The notes under the pieces: generated by a model
Told to the model about the DNA's origin: nothing
Database searches by the model: none
What the model saw: the letters and a program-made list of their open reading frames with translations, nothing else
Part shown: positions 45,567-55,358 of the stretch, one piece after another
How positions within the stretch are numbered: position 1 is the first letter of the stretch
Layout: every line of letters begins with the position of its first letter
Origin: an uncultured Desulfospira sp.
Lineage (GTDB): Bacteria; Desulfobacterota; Desulfobacteria; Desulfobacterales; Desulfobacteraceae
Assembly (NCBI GenBank): GCA_963663165.1
Contig: OY760175.1
Location: 2,496,001 to 2,560,000 of the forward strand
Direction: 5' to 3'
DNA: 64,000 bases
Program-made: the position numbers and the translations under genes

Positions 45567-47498
45567 TTAGACCGACCTTGCGATCTCTTCGGCTTCGCTG
45601 ATGCAGTACATCAGGTGCCGGGGGGATTTGGCATCCCCTATAAAGTGAAATTTGGCCGAACATTGGTTTTCAAGCTGTTTCATGGCCCGGACCGCCTGCT
45701 GTTTTTCCGAGATCACCACGGTGTCAAACCCGGACAGGGTGACGGACTCGGTATCCCCTTTTACCTTAAAGGTTACGCCGTCATCGGTAAACGTCTTGAT
45801 CCCGGCATTCTTGTACAGGACCACATTGTTTTTCTTAAGGCGCTCCCTTAGATAGTACCGGTCATTTGAAGACATTTCCTCGGCATAGCTTTTTTTCCGG
45901 TTAAGGACCACCACCTCTTTGCCCTGGTCCGCCAGGAAATCCGCCGTGATCAATCCGGCCATGCCCCCGCCGAGAACAATGACCCTGTTTCCGGCAGCTT
46001 CTTTTCCTTCCAGCACGTCCACGTTGGTCACAAGGCCCATTTTAGACTGGAACAACCCCTTGATCACGGGCATATCCGGAAGGGACCCAGTGGCCAGGAT
46101 CACCCGATCCGGGGCCAGTTCCCCTATTAATTCTGCATTAAGTTCCGTATCGTACCGGATATCCACCTTAAGATGGGCCAGTTCCTGCCGGAAAAACCGC
46201 AAGATGTCGTCCAGTTCACCCCGGCCCGGCGCCTTGGCGGCAAGGCCTAACAGCCCCCCGGAGGACGGTTTTTTCTCACAGATCACGGTGTCATGCCCCC
46301 TTAAGGCAAACAGCCTTGCCGCCGCCATCCCGGCAGGCCCGGCACCGGCCACCAGAACCTTTTCATGAACCGCTGACGGCTTTTCATCTTTGAGCTTGTA
46401 CTCCCGGCCCACATCCGGGTTGACCACGCATCCCCCGGGCTCCTTGGCCAGGACCGCATGGATGCACCCCAGACAGCAGCCCACACAGGGCCTGATCCGG
46501 TCAAACTCACCGGCTTTGGCCTTGGCCGGATAATAGGGATCCACAATGATGGACCGGCCCAAGGCCACCATATCGGCCTTTCCCTCTTCAATGATCCGGT
46601 CGGCATGCCGGGGATCCTTGATCCGGCCCACGGTGATCACCGGGATATTGACCACTTTTTTTACGGCTTCGGCCAAATGAACAAAACAGCCGTGGGGGGT
46701 ATACATGGACGGAATGGTCAGCTCAGTGGACCCGTACACCCCGCCGGACACATGGATATAGACCACCCCGGCCTTTTCAAGTTCCGGGGCTAAGCGGACG
46801 GCATCCTTGAGTTCCCACCCGTTCTTCATATAATCGTTTCCGTTGATCCGGATGCCCACGGGATAATCTTCTCCGGCTTTGGCCTTTATCTGGTCAAGGA
46901 TTTCAAATAAAAACCGGGTCCGGTTTTCAAAGGAACCACCGTATTCATCGGTCCGGATATTGGAATTGGGGGCCAGGAACTGGTTGATCAGGTAGCCGTG
47001 GGCCCCGTGGATTTCCACTAAGTCAAATCCGGCCTCCCGGCACCTTCGGGCAGATTCGCCAAAACATTCGGCAAGGTGATGAATCTCATCCACCTCAAGG
47101 GCCCTGACCGGCCCTTTGACCACAGCCGGGGCGGGTATGGCTGACGGAGCGACTTTTTCCGGCAGATAGGACTGGCGCCCCCCGTGCAACAGCTGGACCC
47201 CGAACTTGACATCATAGGGTTTGACCCGGTCCACCATCTCTTTTAACCCCGGGATACACGAATCATTGTACATCTGGGGCAGGTCCGGCAGTTCCTGCCC
47301 CCCGGGGTGAATACTGCCCCCGCCCAGAAGCATCGTCCCCACGCCCCCTTTGGCCCGCTCTACAAAATATTCAATGAGCTGATCGGTTACATTGCAGTTT
47401 TCGTCTACGCCGAAATTAATGCTCATGGCCGACATGAGCAGCCGGTTTTTTAAGGTCATCTCCCCTACCTGGATCGGTTCAAAAAGACTGGATAGCAT
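45567..47498 (-). CDS. NADH:flavin oxidoreductase (old yellow enzyme / 2,4-dienoyl-CoA reductase-like, FMN + FeS + FAD)
   Basis: EIHGAHGYLI.QFL.P..N.RTDEYGGS.ENR, C.GC...C and GAGPAGM motifs. Start at MLSSLFEP (47498). Confidence 0.93.
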   Translation of the reverse strand: MLSSLFEPIQVGEMTLKNRLLMSAMSINFGVDENCNVTDQLIEYFVERAKGGVGTMLLGGGSIHPGGQELPDLPQMYNDSCIPGLKEMVDRVKPYDVKFGVQLLHGGRQSYLPEKVAPSAIPAPAVVKGPVRALEVDEIHHLAECFGESARRCREAGFDLVEIHGAHGYLINQFLAPNSNIRTDEYGGSFENRTRFLFEILDQIKAKAGEDYPVGIRINGNDYMKNGWELKDAVRLAPELEKAGVVYIHVSGGVYGSTELTIPSMYTPHGCFVHLAEAVKKVVNIPVITVGRIKDPRHADRIIEEGKADMVALGRSIIVDPYYPAKAKAGEFDRIRPCVGCCLGCIHAVLAKEPGGCVVNPDVGREYKLKDEKPSAVHEKVLVAGAGPAGMAAARLFALRGHDTVICEKKPSSGGLLGLAAKAPGRGELDDILRFFRQELAHLKVDIRYDTELNAELIGELAPDRVILATGSLPDMPVIKGLFQSKMGLVTNVDVLEGKEAAGNRVIVLGGGMAGLITADFLADQGKEVVVLNRKKSYAEEMSSNDRYYLRERLKKNNVVLYKNAGIKTFTDDGVTFKVKGDTESVTLSGFDTVVISEKQQAVRAMKQLENQCSAKFHFIGDAKSPRHLMYCISEAEEIARSV

Positions 47499-47657
47499 AG
47501 GCTGATCGTTCCTTTCAAATTTGAGGCTGCTTTTGCGCGGTAATGGCATACCACCCGTCTATCGCCTAATTTCAGGCCCTTGGACTTTCACGTTGATTTT
47601 GCCATGAAGCGCACCAAGGAAAGGCTTCTTGACAGCCTCCACGGGTTAAAAAATTAC

Positions 47658-47698
47658 TTGACTTACCATTAAGTAAATATTATTTAACAGTAAGTCAA
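47658..47698. promoter_or_regulatory. Divergent promoter / TetR operator region
   Basis: Inverted repeat TTGACTTAC-N23-GTAAGTCAA between the divergent oxidoreductase and TetR genes. Confidence 0.65.
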
Positions 47699-47767
47699 CA
47701 ATATTTTCTATTTGAAAAAAAATCATTTGTCAAATGAATTTAGGATAAAATCCGAAAGAAATGATCC

Positions 47768-48505
47768 ATGACCGACCCTGTTAACTTCAAAAGCCTGGAT
47801 AAAAGCCTGCGCCACCGGCTGATCATTGATACGGCCGCCAGAATCTTCCAGCAAAAGGGATACCGGAGCGCCACCTTAGATGATGTGGCCCAGGAACTCG
47901 GGATAACCAAGCCAGCCCTTTACCATTACGTTTCCTCCAAGGAAAGCCTGCTATCGGAAATCTACCTTCAGGCCCTGGCCAGTTTTTTTGACACCATCTA
48001 TGAAATCAACGGCATGGATCTGTCGCCGCCGGAAAAACTCAAAATGTTTATCCGCCGCCACCTTAAAACCGTGGTCATTGAAAACCTGACCATGTTTACC
48101 GTATTTTTCAGCGAAGAAAACCAGCTGCCCAAAGAAGATTACGACCGTATCCAAAAAGAAAAACTCAAATTTACCCGGGCGGTGAACCACATTATCCAGG
48201 AAGGCATGGAACAGGGGTACTTTCGCCAGGTGAATTCAAAGCTGTATGCCAACGCCGTCATCGGCATGTGCAACTGGCTGTACCGGTGGTATACCCCGGG
48301 GCAAAGCCCGTTTTCATCTGACGAAATCGTTGAGCAGTTTACCGACCTGATAGAGGGTGGGCTGTTAAACCCCAGTCTGGAAAACGGGCCCCAAACCGCG
48401 CCCGCCCCCCGGACCCGACAGATGATCCTGCAGGAATTAAAGACCGCCGGAGCGACCATGACCCGCCTGATAGAAGAACTGGACCACCTGCCCGACCAGG
48501 AATAA
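47768..48505 (+). CDS. TetR/AcrR family regulator (KstR2-like C-terminus)
   Basis: HTH motif GY...TLDDVA.ELG.TKPALYHY..SKE, and GM.NW.YRWY. Confidence 0.92.
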   Translation: MTDPVNFKSLDKSLRHRLIIDTAARIFQQKGYRSATLDDVAQELGITKPALYHYVSSKESLLSEIYLQALASFFDTIYEINGMDLSPPEKLKMFIRRHLKTVVIENLTMFTVFFSEENQLPKEDYDRIQKEKLKFTRAVNHIIQEGMEQGYFRQVNSKLYANAVIGMCNWLYRWYTPGQSPFSSDEIVEQFTDLIEGGLLNPSLENGPQTAPAPRTRQMILQELKTAGATMTRLIEELDHLPDQE

Positions 48506-48533
48506 GCCCCCCCTCAAACCAATTTGGCAGGCA

Positions 48534-51500
48534 TCAATCTTTTAAACCGGCACCGGCTTGAGGCGGCGGCGGTGGCGGCGGGTCCGGCCGGGGCTTTCTT
48601 CCGGGCGGTGATCCGGCCTGGGCCTTTTGCCGTCTGCCGGACCGCGGCAGGGAAACCGGCGCCCAGATCTGGGGAACGCAAAACCTTTTCCATCCCCATT
48701 TAAGAATCCGGATCAGCCAGAAAGAGACCCACAGGGCCCAGGCCAGCATGGCCGCGCGGTAGGCCCACATGGGGATGGAAACCACCCAGGCCCGGGGCAG
48801 AACCGGGCCGGATACGTCATGGTAAAACCGCAGCAGGCCGGCGCTTGATCCGTTCCCCTTAATGGACATGTCCGGATGGCCCAGAAGGCCGTTGGAAATC
48901 CCAAAGACCAGACAGGCACCGGCGGCCAGGGTCAGCAGCAGAATACCCGCCTGCACCAGGTTGAATTTCATGCCCTCCAGCGGGTTGGCCTTAGGCCTGA
49001 AATCCAGGGCAATCAGCCAGCCGGCCACAAGGATAATCCCGGCCGGATGGTTCATGGTGATGCCGATGAACAGTAAAAACCACTGAAACAGGTTTAACGG
49101 GGTCCACCCGGTCTTTGACAGGCCAAAGGCAAGGATCAGAATCACAATAACTTCCGACCAGAACAATACCGCCGGACCCACGGCCTGTTCCCCGCCGATG
49201 AACAGGGGCCACCGGCTCCTTGAAAGCTTGATGTCCACACAGGTGTTGGCCGAAGGGATGCCTAAGTCCACCACCGGGGTCTTGTAAAGGGGACTGATGC
49301 CCTCAGGACTCACCCATTGCAGGACAATGGCCTGCTGGCCCGGAACAATGGGCAGCACCACCTGGTTGTTGTCCTGGCGGATGGGGCGGACCCGGCCCTT
49401 GATGGTGACCTCCTGAAGCCTGGCCCCTTCCGGCAGCAGGACAGTGTGGCGGCCGCCCTGGCTGCTTTTAATGGTCAGGTCCAGCCGTCCGTTGGCGGCA
49501 CTCCTGCCCGGTTCCAGGTATAGCAGGCTCTTTTCAATGGTCAGGGTCTGGCCCTCAACGGCTTCAGGCCGGGTAACGGTAAGGACAAGGGTTTCCCCAG
49601 GCCAGGGATGCCAGGTGGGGTACCAGCGTTCCCCGGTTTTGTGGAAAATCACCGGGGTTCCCTCGTAAGCCATATGAAAAATGGGGCTGACATCCACCTT
49701 CCAGATTTCGGTCCAGTCCCGGGTGTCGGCGTGTTCAAGGCGGATCTGGCCGGCCGGGGTCAGAAAGGATTCCCAAGAGAGGGACTTCTGGCCGGGCTTA
49801 AAGTTGATTTTCGCCATGCTGTCTTCCACCCGGATGCCGCCGGTGGTAATGGATTCCCCCGGCAAAAGCCCCATATCCAGGACCATGCCCGATGAGGCGT
49901 CCCCTTCCCGGACCACCCGGGTATGGACTTTCCAGACAAGGCCCAGCATCAGGGTCCGTTCCACCCTGGCAAAGGCAGGCAGCACACCGGTCTCCAGCAC
50001 TTCCTGATTTTCTGCCCTGGGATCGGCCTTTCGCTTGAACTGGAGCTGGTCATCAAAACTGCCGTCGGCATGACAGCCCTCCACGCTCCAGCCCTCTGCC
50101 GTTACATCCAGGTCATGGGGTTTTAAGGGAAACACCAGTTGAAACCCGGACTGCCGGCGGATGGGGCCGTCCATGCCGATTTGATGAAGCCCCCTGGGGA
50201 TCATCAGCCAGAGCTGGCCGCTTTGTTTGAAAATGCCGGGCACCGGCCTGCCGTCCAGGCTGACCTGTGAGGCCAGCCACTGGCTGTCATCGCCGGGCAG
50301 CGGGACGGCCGTGTCAATGGCGGCATGGGCTGCTATCTGAATGGCCAGCCGGTCTCTGGAAAGGTCAATGGCCGCATGGGCCAGATCAGCACACTGGTCA
50401 AAACAGTCATCGGCCTTCAAAAGCCGCTGCTCAAGTTCCTTGAGCATCTCCGGGGACGGGATGTCAGACCCGTGGGAAAGCGCCGGCGCCCCCAGAAGAA
50501 CCAGGCCGGCCAACCCGGCCAGCAGATACTGAATTCCGGGACCGGATGTATCTTTTTTCATGTTTTTCCCAATCCCGAGCATGCCCATGGCCAGCAGGGC
50601 CATCAGCCCTACCCGGACAAAGGCCAGGACCAGGTTGGCAAACGGGCTGAGCAGCCAAAGGGACATGGTATGATTCCGGTCCACGGGCCCGGACCATGAA
50701 AAGCCAATGGTCTCAAAGGCCGGCCACAGGGGCATGCCCGGGCCGGTCTGGGTCCGGGCCTTGGGGTCATACTGCATGACCTGATAGGTGTCCGGTGACG
50801 GCACCGGCACACTTTTTAGCAAAAGAGACCCGGCGGAGTAACTTTCCATCCGTTCGATACGGCCGGGGGCCGGCAGGATATCCGCTGACTCGTCCATATC
50901 CCGCCCCTGCCCTTTCATGGGTTCCCGGGAATGGGCATTAGACGTGACGGCGGACTGGGACATGGAGGTCCAGGGCCGGGCAAGTTCAGGATAGATCCCG
51001 ATGCGCAGGGCCTGGACGGCATAGGGAAGTGCCGTGGCGGCAAAAGCGACCAGCACCAAACCCTGGCAGAGTCTGACAACACTGCGGGTCCGTCCTTTGG
51101 GCAGGTATTTGAGCAGGGTGAACCCGATCAGAAGCCCAAGCCAGATATATTTAGGGGCAGCGGGCTCATGATAAATCAGCACCAGGGTAATAAATGCCAA
51201 TACGCTTAAGGGTTTTGAATACACCCGGGACAGGGCAATGGTGAAAATCAGGACCACAAAAAAATCCAGCAGGGTCCACTGCCCGATCCAGGTGCCGGGA
51301 ATCCGGTCCACGCCCCGGGCATTAACCAGGGTCCATCCCGGGGGCAGATAAAGCTGGCCTTTGACCGATTGAAAATCATGGTCCCAGCCCGATGCCGGCA
51401 CCTTTGAAATCCCGTTTTCAAAGGTGGCGTCCACCACCATGTTGACCTTGCCGTTCCGAAGCTCAATGCCGGCCTTTTCGCTGCCTTTCTCACGGGTGAT

Positions 51501-52718
51501 GAGCTGTTCCTGACCGTCCACCGATACCTGGCCCGGATGGATATCGCCCAGCAGTTCCAGGCGCCAGTTGGTGTTTTTTTTGCCGGTGATCCGGTCCTGG
51601 ATAAAATAGCCGGACCCGTCAAACCGCAGCCATAAGGTCCGGTCAAGGGACAGCTGGTCCGGCGCCGGGTCCGGGTCCCCGCGCTTGATCTGCTTAAACT
51701 TAAGGGTTGTGTCGGGCTGCATGAGATAGGATGGGTAGGACTGCCATGGAGAGGGCATGGCCGTCTGCTTGGGGTCCACCTGGTCTGCCCCTGAAATTTC
51801 CACCCGCCTTAAATCCGTCCGGGAACTGAAGGCCCAGATTTCACTGTCAGGCCAGAAATCCTGGTCCGGCCGGGTGAACTGAGCGGTTTCCAAGGGGCCG
51901 GCATGGCGCAGGTCAAGGGTGAGCCGGTACTGCCCGGGGCGGGCCTGAACCAGCAGCCGGCCGTCAGGCTCAAGCCTTGCCGGCAGCGGGCTTTCAAGGG
52001 CCACCGGGATGAACCGGCCGCTCTGGTATAACGGCCCCAGGGTCATTTGCCGGGCCTGGCCGGCCACCTCCAGGGTTAAATCAATGGCCATCCGGGCGGG
52101 AATATCATCGGTGATCAGCCGGAAACATTCGACTTTCAGCCGGTCTTCAAGCCGTTTTTCCCTGTTTCTCTGCTTAAGCCATAACCGGCCTTTTTCGTCC
52201 AGGTCGGGAAAGTCAACCCGCTTCTGGTTCACCTTTACCGAAACCAGCCCGGTGGATGGCGCCACTTTCAGGTGTTCGGGAAGCGACTTCCAGGAAAACC
52301 GTCCCCTGACCGTGTGGGCACCGGGAGACAGCATCAGGCCGGGCCGGTCGTCCTGTTCTAAAACCACCACGGATTCATTGTCCAGTAGGACATCCCGGGG
52401 CCAGTGCCGGCTGCTGCCCGGCAGGTGAACCCGGGTTTGGGTAAAAATCTGCCAGGACTGCTCAAAGGTGCCGCCCCTGTCCGTTAAATCCAGAACCAGC
52501 CTTCCGGGCCAGGCGCATTGAACCTGCCCGGGATTGTTGTACAGGGGGATACAGGACAGCTGGTCTTCTTTTTCGTAGAGCACCCACTCTTTCCAGGGTT
52601 CCAGAACCTTAGGAACATAAACGTCCTTTCCGGCATGGACCGGGCCGGAAAGGACGTAAAAAGAGGCGGCAACCATAAAACAGACACATATAAAACATGG
52701 AATCTTTTGATGGGTCAT
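48534..52718 (-). CDS. Large (~1394 aa) hypothetical multi-pass membrane protein with repeated extracytoplasmic beta-rich domains
   Basis: Long ORF with a signal peptide, two TM clusters and internal similarity. RBS AAGGA precedes ATG 52718. Confidence 0.8.
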   Translation of the reverse strand: MTHQKIPCFICVCFMVAASFYVLSGPVHAGKDVYVPKVLEPWKEWVLYEKEDQLSCIPLYNNPGQVQCAWPGRLVLDLTDRGGTFEQSWQIFTQTRVHLPGSSRHWPRDVLLDNESVVVLEQDDRPGLMLSPGAHTVRGRFSWKSLPEHLKVAPSTGLVSVKVNQKRVDFPDLDEKGRLWLKQRNREKRLEDRLKVECFRLITDDIPARMAIDLTLEVAGQARQMTLGPLYQSGRFIPVALESPLPARLEPDGRLLVQARPGQYRLTLDLRHAGPLETAQFTRPDQDFWPDSEIWAFSSRTDLRRVEISGADQVDPKQTAMPSPWQSYPSYLMQPDTTLKFKQIKRGDPDPAPDQLSLDRTLWLRFDGSGYFIQDRITGKKNTNWRLELLGDIHPGQVSVDGQEQLITREKGSEKAGIELRNGKVNMVVDATFENGISKVPASGWDHDFQSVKGQLYLPPGWTLVNARGVDRIPGTWIGQWTLLDFFVVLIFTIALSRVYSKPLSVLAFITLVLIYHEPAAPKYIWLGLLIGFTLLKYLPKGRTRSVVRLCQGLVLVAFAATALPYAVQALRIGIYPELARPWTSMSQSAVTSNAHSREPMKGQGRDMDESADILPAPGRIERMESYSAGSLLLKSVPVPSPDTYQVMQYDPKARTQTGPGMPLWPAFETIGFSWSGPVDRNHTMSLWLLSPFANLVLAFVRVGLMALLAMGMLGIGKNMKKDTSGPGIQYLLAGLAGLVLLGAPALSHGSDIPSPEMLKELEQRLLKADDCFDQCADLAHAAIDLSRDRLAIQIAAHAAIDTAVPLPGDDSQWLASQVSLDGRPVPGIFKQSGQLWLMIPRGLHQIGMDGPIRRQSGFQLVFPLKPHDLDVTAEGWSVEGCHADGSFDDQLQFKRKADPRAENQEVLETGVLPAFARVERTLMLGLVWKVHTRVVREGDASSGMVLDMGLLPGESITTGGIRVEDSMAKINFKPGQKSLSWESFLTPAGQIRLEHADTRDWTEIWKVDVSPIFHMAYEGTPVIFHKTGERWYPTWHPWPGETLVLTVTRPEAVEGQTLTIEKSLLYLEPGRSAANGRLDLTIKSSQGGRHTVLLPEGARLQEVTIKGRVRPIRQDNNQVVLPIVPGQQAIVLQWVSPEGISPLYKTPVVDLGIPSANTCVDIKLSRSRWPLFIGGEQAVGPAVLFWSEVIVILILAFGLSKTGWTPLNLFQWFLLFIGITMNHPAGIILVAGWLIALDFRPKANPLEGMKFNLVQAGILLLTLAAGACLVFGISNGLLGHPDMSIKGNGSSAGLLRFYHDVSGPVLPRAWVVSIPMWAYRAAMLAWALWVSFWLIRILKWGWKRFCVPQIWAPVSLPRSGRRQKAQAGSPPGRKPRPDPPPPPPPQAGAGLKD

Positions 52719-53042
52719 GGCGATATCCTTTTTTTGAACTATCAAGAATCATTAAGGCATCCTCAAGGTCTTGGGAAACCGGGTTTCACCATAACGGGTC
52801 TAAGCGGATAAATCAAGCAGCGGTCTTGAATCGTTCTCGGTAATCGCAAGCAACCTGCCAACGGTTTGGTATGTGCCCATGAAAGAAAGAAGAAACTGGA
52901 AACAAAAAAGCGATACGGTTCCACGGGTAGTTCCACGGGGCCGAACCAAGCATAATGCTATAAATTAAGTGGTTTAAATCGTAAAAATGCTTAAAAATGG
53001 TTCTATAATCGCTTTTTGAGAGCCCATTTTATGCCTTGCCAT

Positions 53043-53119
53043 AATTCCGCATAATTCCGGGGACATAATACCAATTTCCTGTCAACTTTTTATAAAAACA
53101 GTATCATATCCCCGGAGTT
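53043..53119. repeat. GGGGAC-type REP-like element, copy D (different core, duplicated left end)
   Basis: CATAATTCCG CATAATTCCGGGGACATAATAC ... GTATCATATCCCCGGAGTT. Confidence 0.75.
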
Positions 53120-53351
53120 TCCCAGGAAGGCGAGTCTTTTATTAACATGGTTTTCGAATTTATATAAATTATGACTTATACTTACACGATTGATCATTTC
53201 ATTCATCAGGCAGTTCTTCGCAATTTATCGGAATGCTGATTTAAAAATTCATGCCGAACTTTTAAATCCGGCATATCCATTCCATTGTCAGCCTCTTTTC
53301 AAGGTCCTGATGTCGTTGGCGGGTTCAATTCAATTTGGGAGATTGATATTT

Positions 53352-55082
53352 ATGTCCAGTACAACCGCATCGAAAATTCGTATGACGATTAGAAAAAAAC
53401 TGACCCTGTGTGTTGTGATTCTTCTGTTTATCGTGTCATCTGGTATCGGTGTCATTGCTTATTTCCAGGCCAGGCAGGCCATGACCGAAGCGCTTGAAAA
53501 GAGCCTTACTATGGCCTCCCGGCAGAGTGCAAACATTATTAAGGGGAAAATAGACACCTATAAACTTGCCATGGAGGGTGTCGCCGAGCGGGAAGCGATT
53601 CGGAGCATGGCGTGGGAACAGCAGGAAAAAATCCTTACCCAGGAGAGGAGACCCGTCGGCTGAAATTTATGGGTATGGGTATTATCATGCCGGATGGGAA
53701 AGCCCGTTATCCCGGCGGAAAGACGGCAGACTTAAAAGACCGTGCCTATTTTAAAGCAGCCATGTCCGGAAAAACCAACTATTCGGATATTATTATTTCC
53801 CGGGTCACCAACTCCCCGGTCATGATGCTGGCCACCCCCGTCAAGTCAGGCAATGGTCGTATTCTAGGCGTGCTGCTGGCCCGTCTGGACGGAGACTGGC
53901 TGAGCCAGGTAACCGATGATGTTAAATTCGGCACCCAGGGCTATTCTTATATCGTGAATAACAAAGGTGTTCTTGTTGCCCATCCGGATCGGAAAAAGGT
54001 CATGGCAAGGAAAAATCATATTGAGGACGCGAAAACCGATAAGACACTGGAAAGCGTCGCCAATCATATTTCAACTATGATTGAGAAAAAAACCGGTTTT
54101 AATGAATATGAATTTAATGGAACCAGATGGGTTGGCGGATTTTCCCCCATTGAGGGAACCAGTTGGATCGTAGCCGTTGTTACCGAGGAAAAGGAGCTTT
54201 TCCAGGGGATCTACAGGATTCGCAACTGATCTGGCAGACGTCTCCTCCCAGATTGCAAAAAATTCAAAGCACACGGCAGAGTTGTCCCATGAGACCGTTG
54301 AATCCACAGAAAATGTCAATGGTAAAATCAGTTATGTGTCAGGGGCCATGGGTGAAATTTCAGAATCCATAGCCTCCATTTTATCCTCGTCCCAGCAGAT
54401 GTACACCACCATCCAGGAGATTGCCGGCCATGTCTCTTCCGGGAACACCATGACCCGTAACGCCGTAGAGCAGGCGGACAGCGTCTCAGGACAGGTTCAT
54501 CAGCTCGGGTATGCGGCAAAGGATATCAGCAAGGTCACGGAAACCATTGCCGATATTTCCGAACAGACCAACCTTCTGGCACTCAACGCCACCATAGAAG
54601 CGGCACGGGCCGGGGAAGCAGGCAAGGGATTTGCCGTGGTTGCCAACGAGATCAAGGTTCTGGCCCAGCAGACCGCTGAAGCCACCGAGCAGATCAGTCA
54701 TAAGCTTACCGGTGTGACCTCAAATACGGCGGATGCGATAAAGGCTATAGAGGGCATTGTCGGCGCTATCAATGACATTCACGAAATGACCGAAGCCGTG
54801 GCCTCGGCCATTGAAGAGCAGTCCGCCACCACCCGGGATGTATCCCGGAATATCAACCAGGTTGCCGAAGCCTCTACTGAAATCAAAGGCCATATTACCC
54901 AGGTGGCCGGGGCCATGGAAGAGGTGCTTGAAAATTCAGGCCGGGTGCGGGTTGATTCGGGCCAGACCATGGACGGCAGTCGCAAACTGCGGACAAAAGT
55001 CCAGGAGCTGTCAGGCCTGAATGATAATATCTTTCAAAAAGAAACTTTTTTCGCAAGGTTGAAAATATCACGAAACAATTGA
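53352..55082 (+). pseudogene. Methyl-accepting chemotaxis protein (Cache sensor), disrupted
   Basis: Three frames: TM1 and N-terminus (53352-53663), Cache domain (DRAYFK, GYSYIVN..G..VAHP; to 54229), and signalling domain ([33 protein letters not shown]). TM2 and HAMP are absent. Confidence 0.9.
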
Positions 55083-55358
55083 TTTTAAATGGTTTTCGGA
55101 TTTTATGAGGCAAATTCGGGCAATCTGATCAATTGACTTTTTATGGGATTAATTATATAGGGGGATGCCTAGGATATTTCTTTGCTTCAGCTGGTGTTAT
55201 AAACATTAAAATAATGAAACAATTATTGGAAGGTTACGGCACCTCCAGAATACTTGATGGGGTGGCATATCATTTTTGGGCCGCCTGTTGTTTTCTTAAT
55301 CTGGGGATGGCATCCCCCCTGCTGACCGGGGAAACCCGAGAGAGGGAGCGCATTGGAA

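Noticed and set aside
52760..52830. c-di-GMP-I riboswitch (ACGGGTCTAAG)
   Set aside because: Lacks the GGCAAA...GACGCAAAG P1/P2 core. It is better explained as the minus-strand promoter TTGATT-N17-TATGGT of the large membrane protein.
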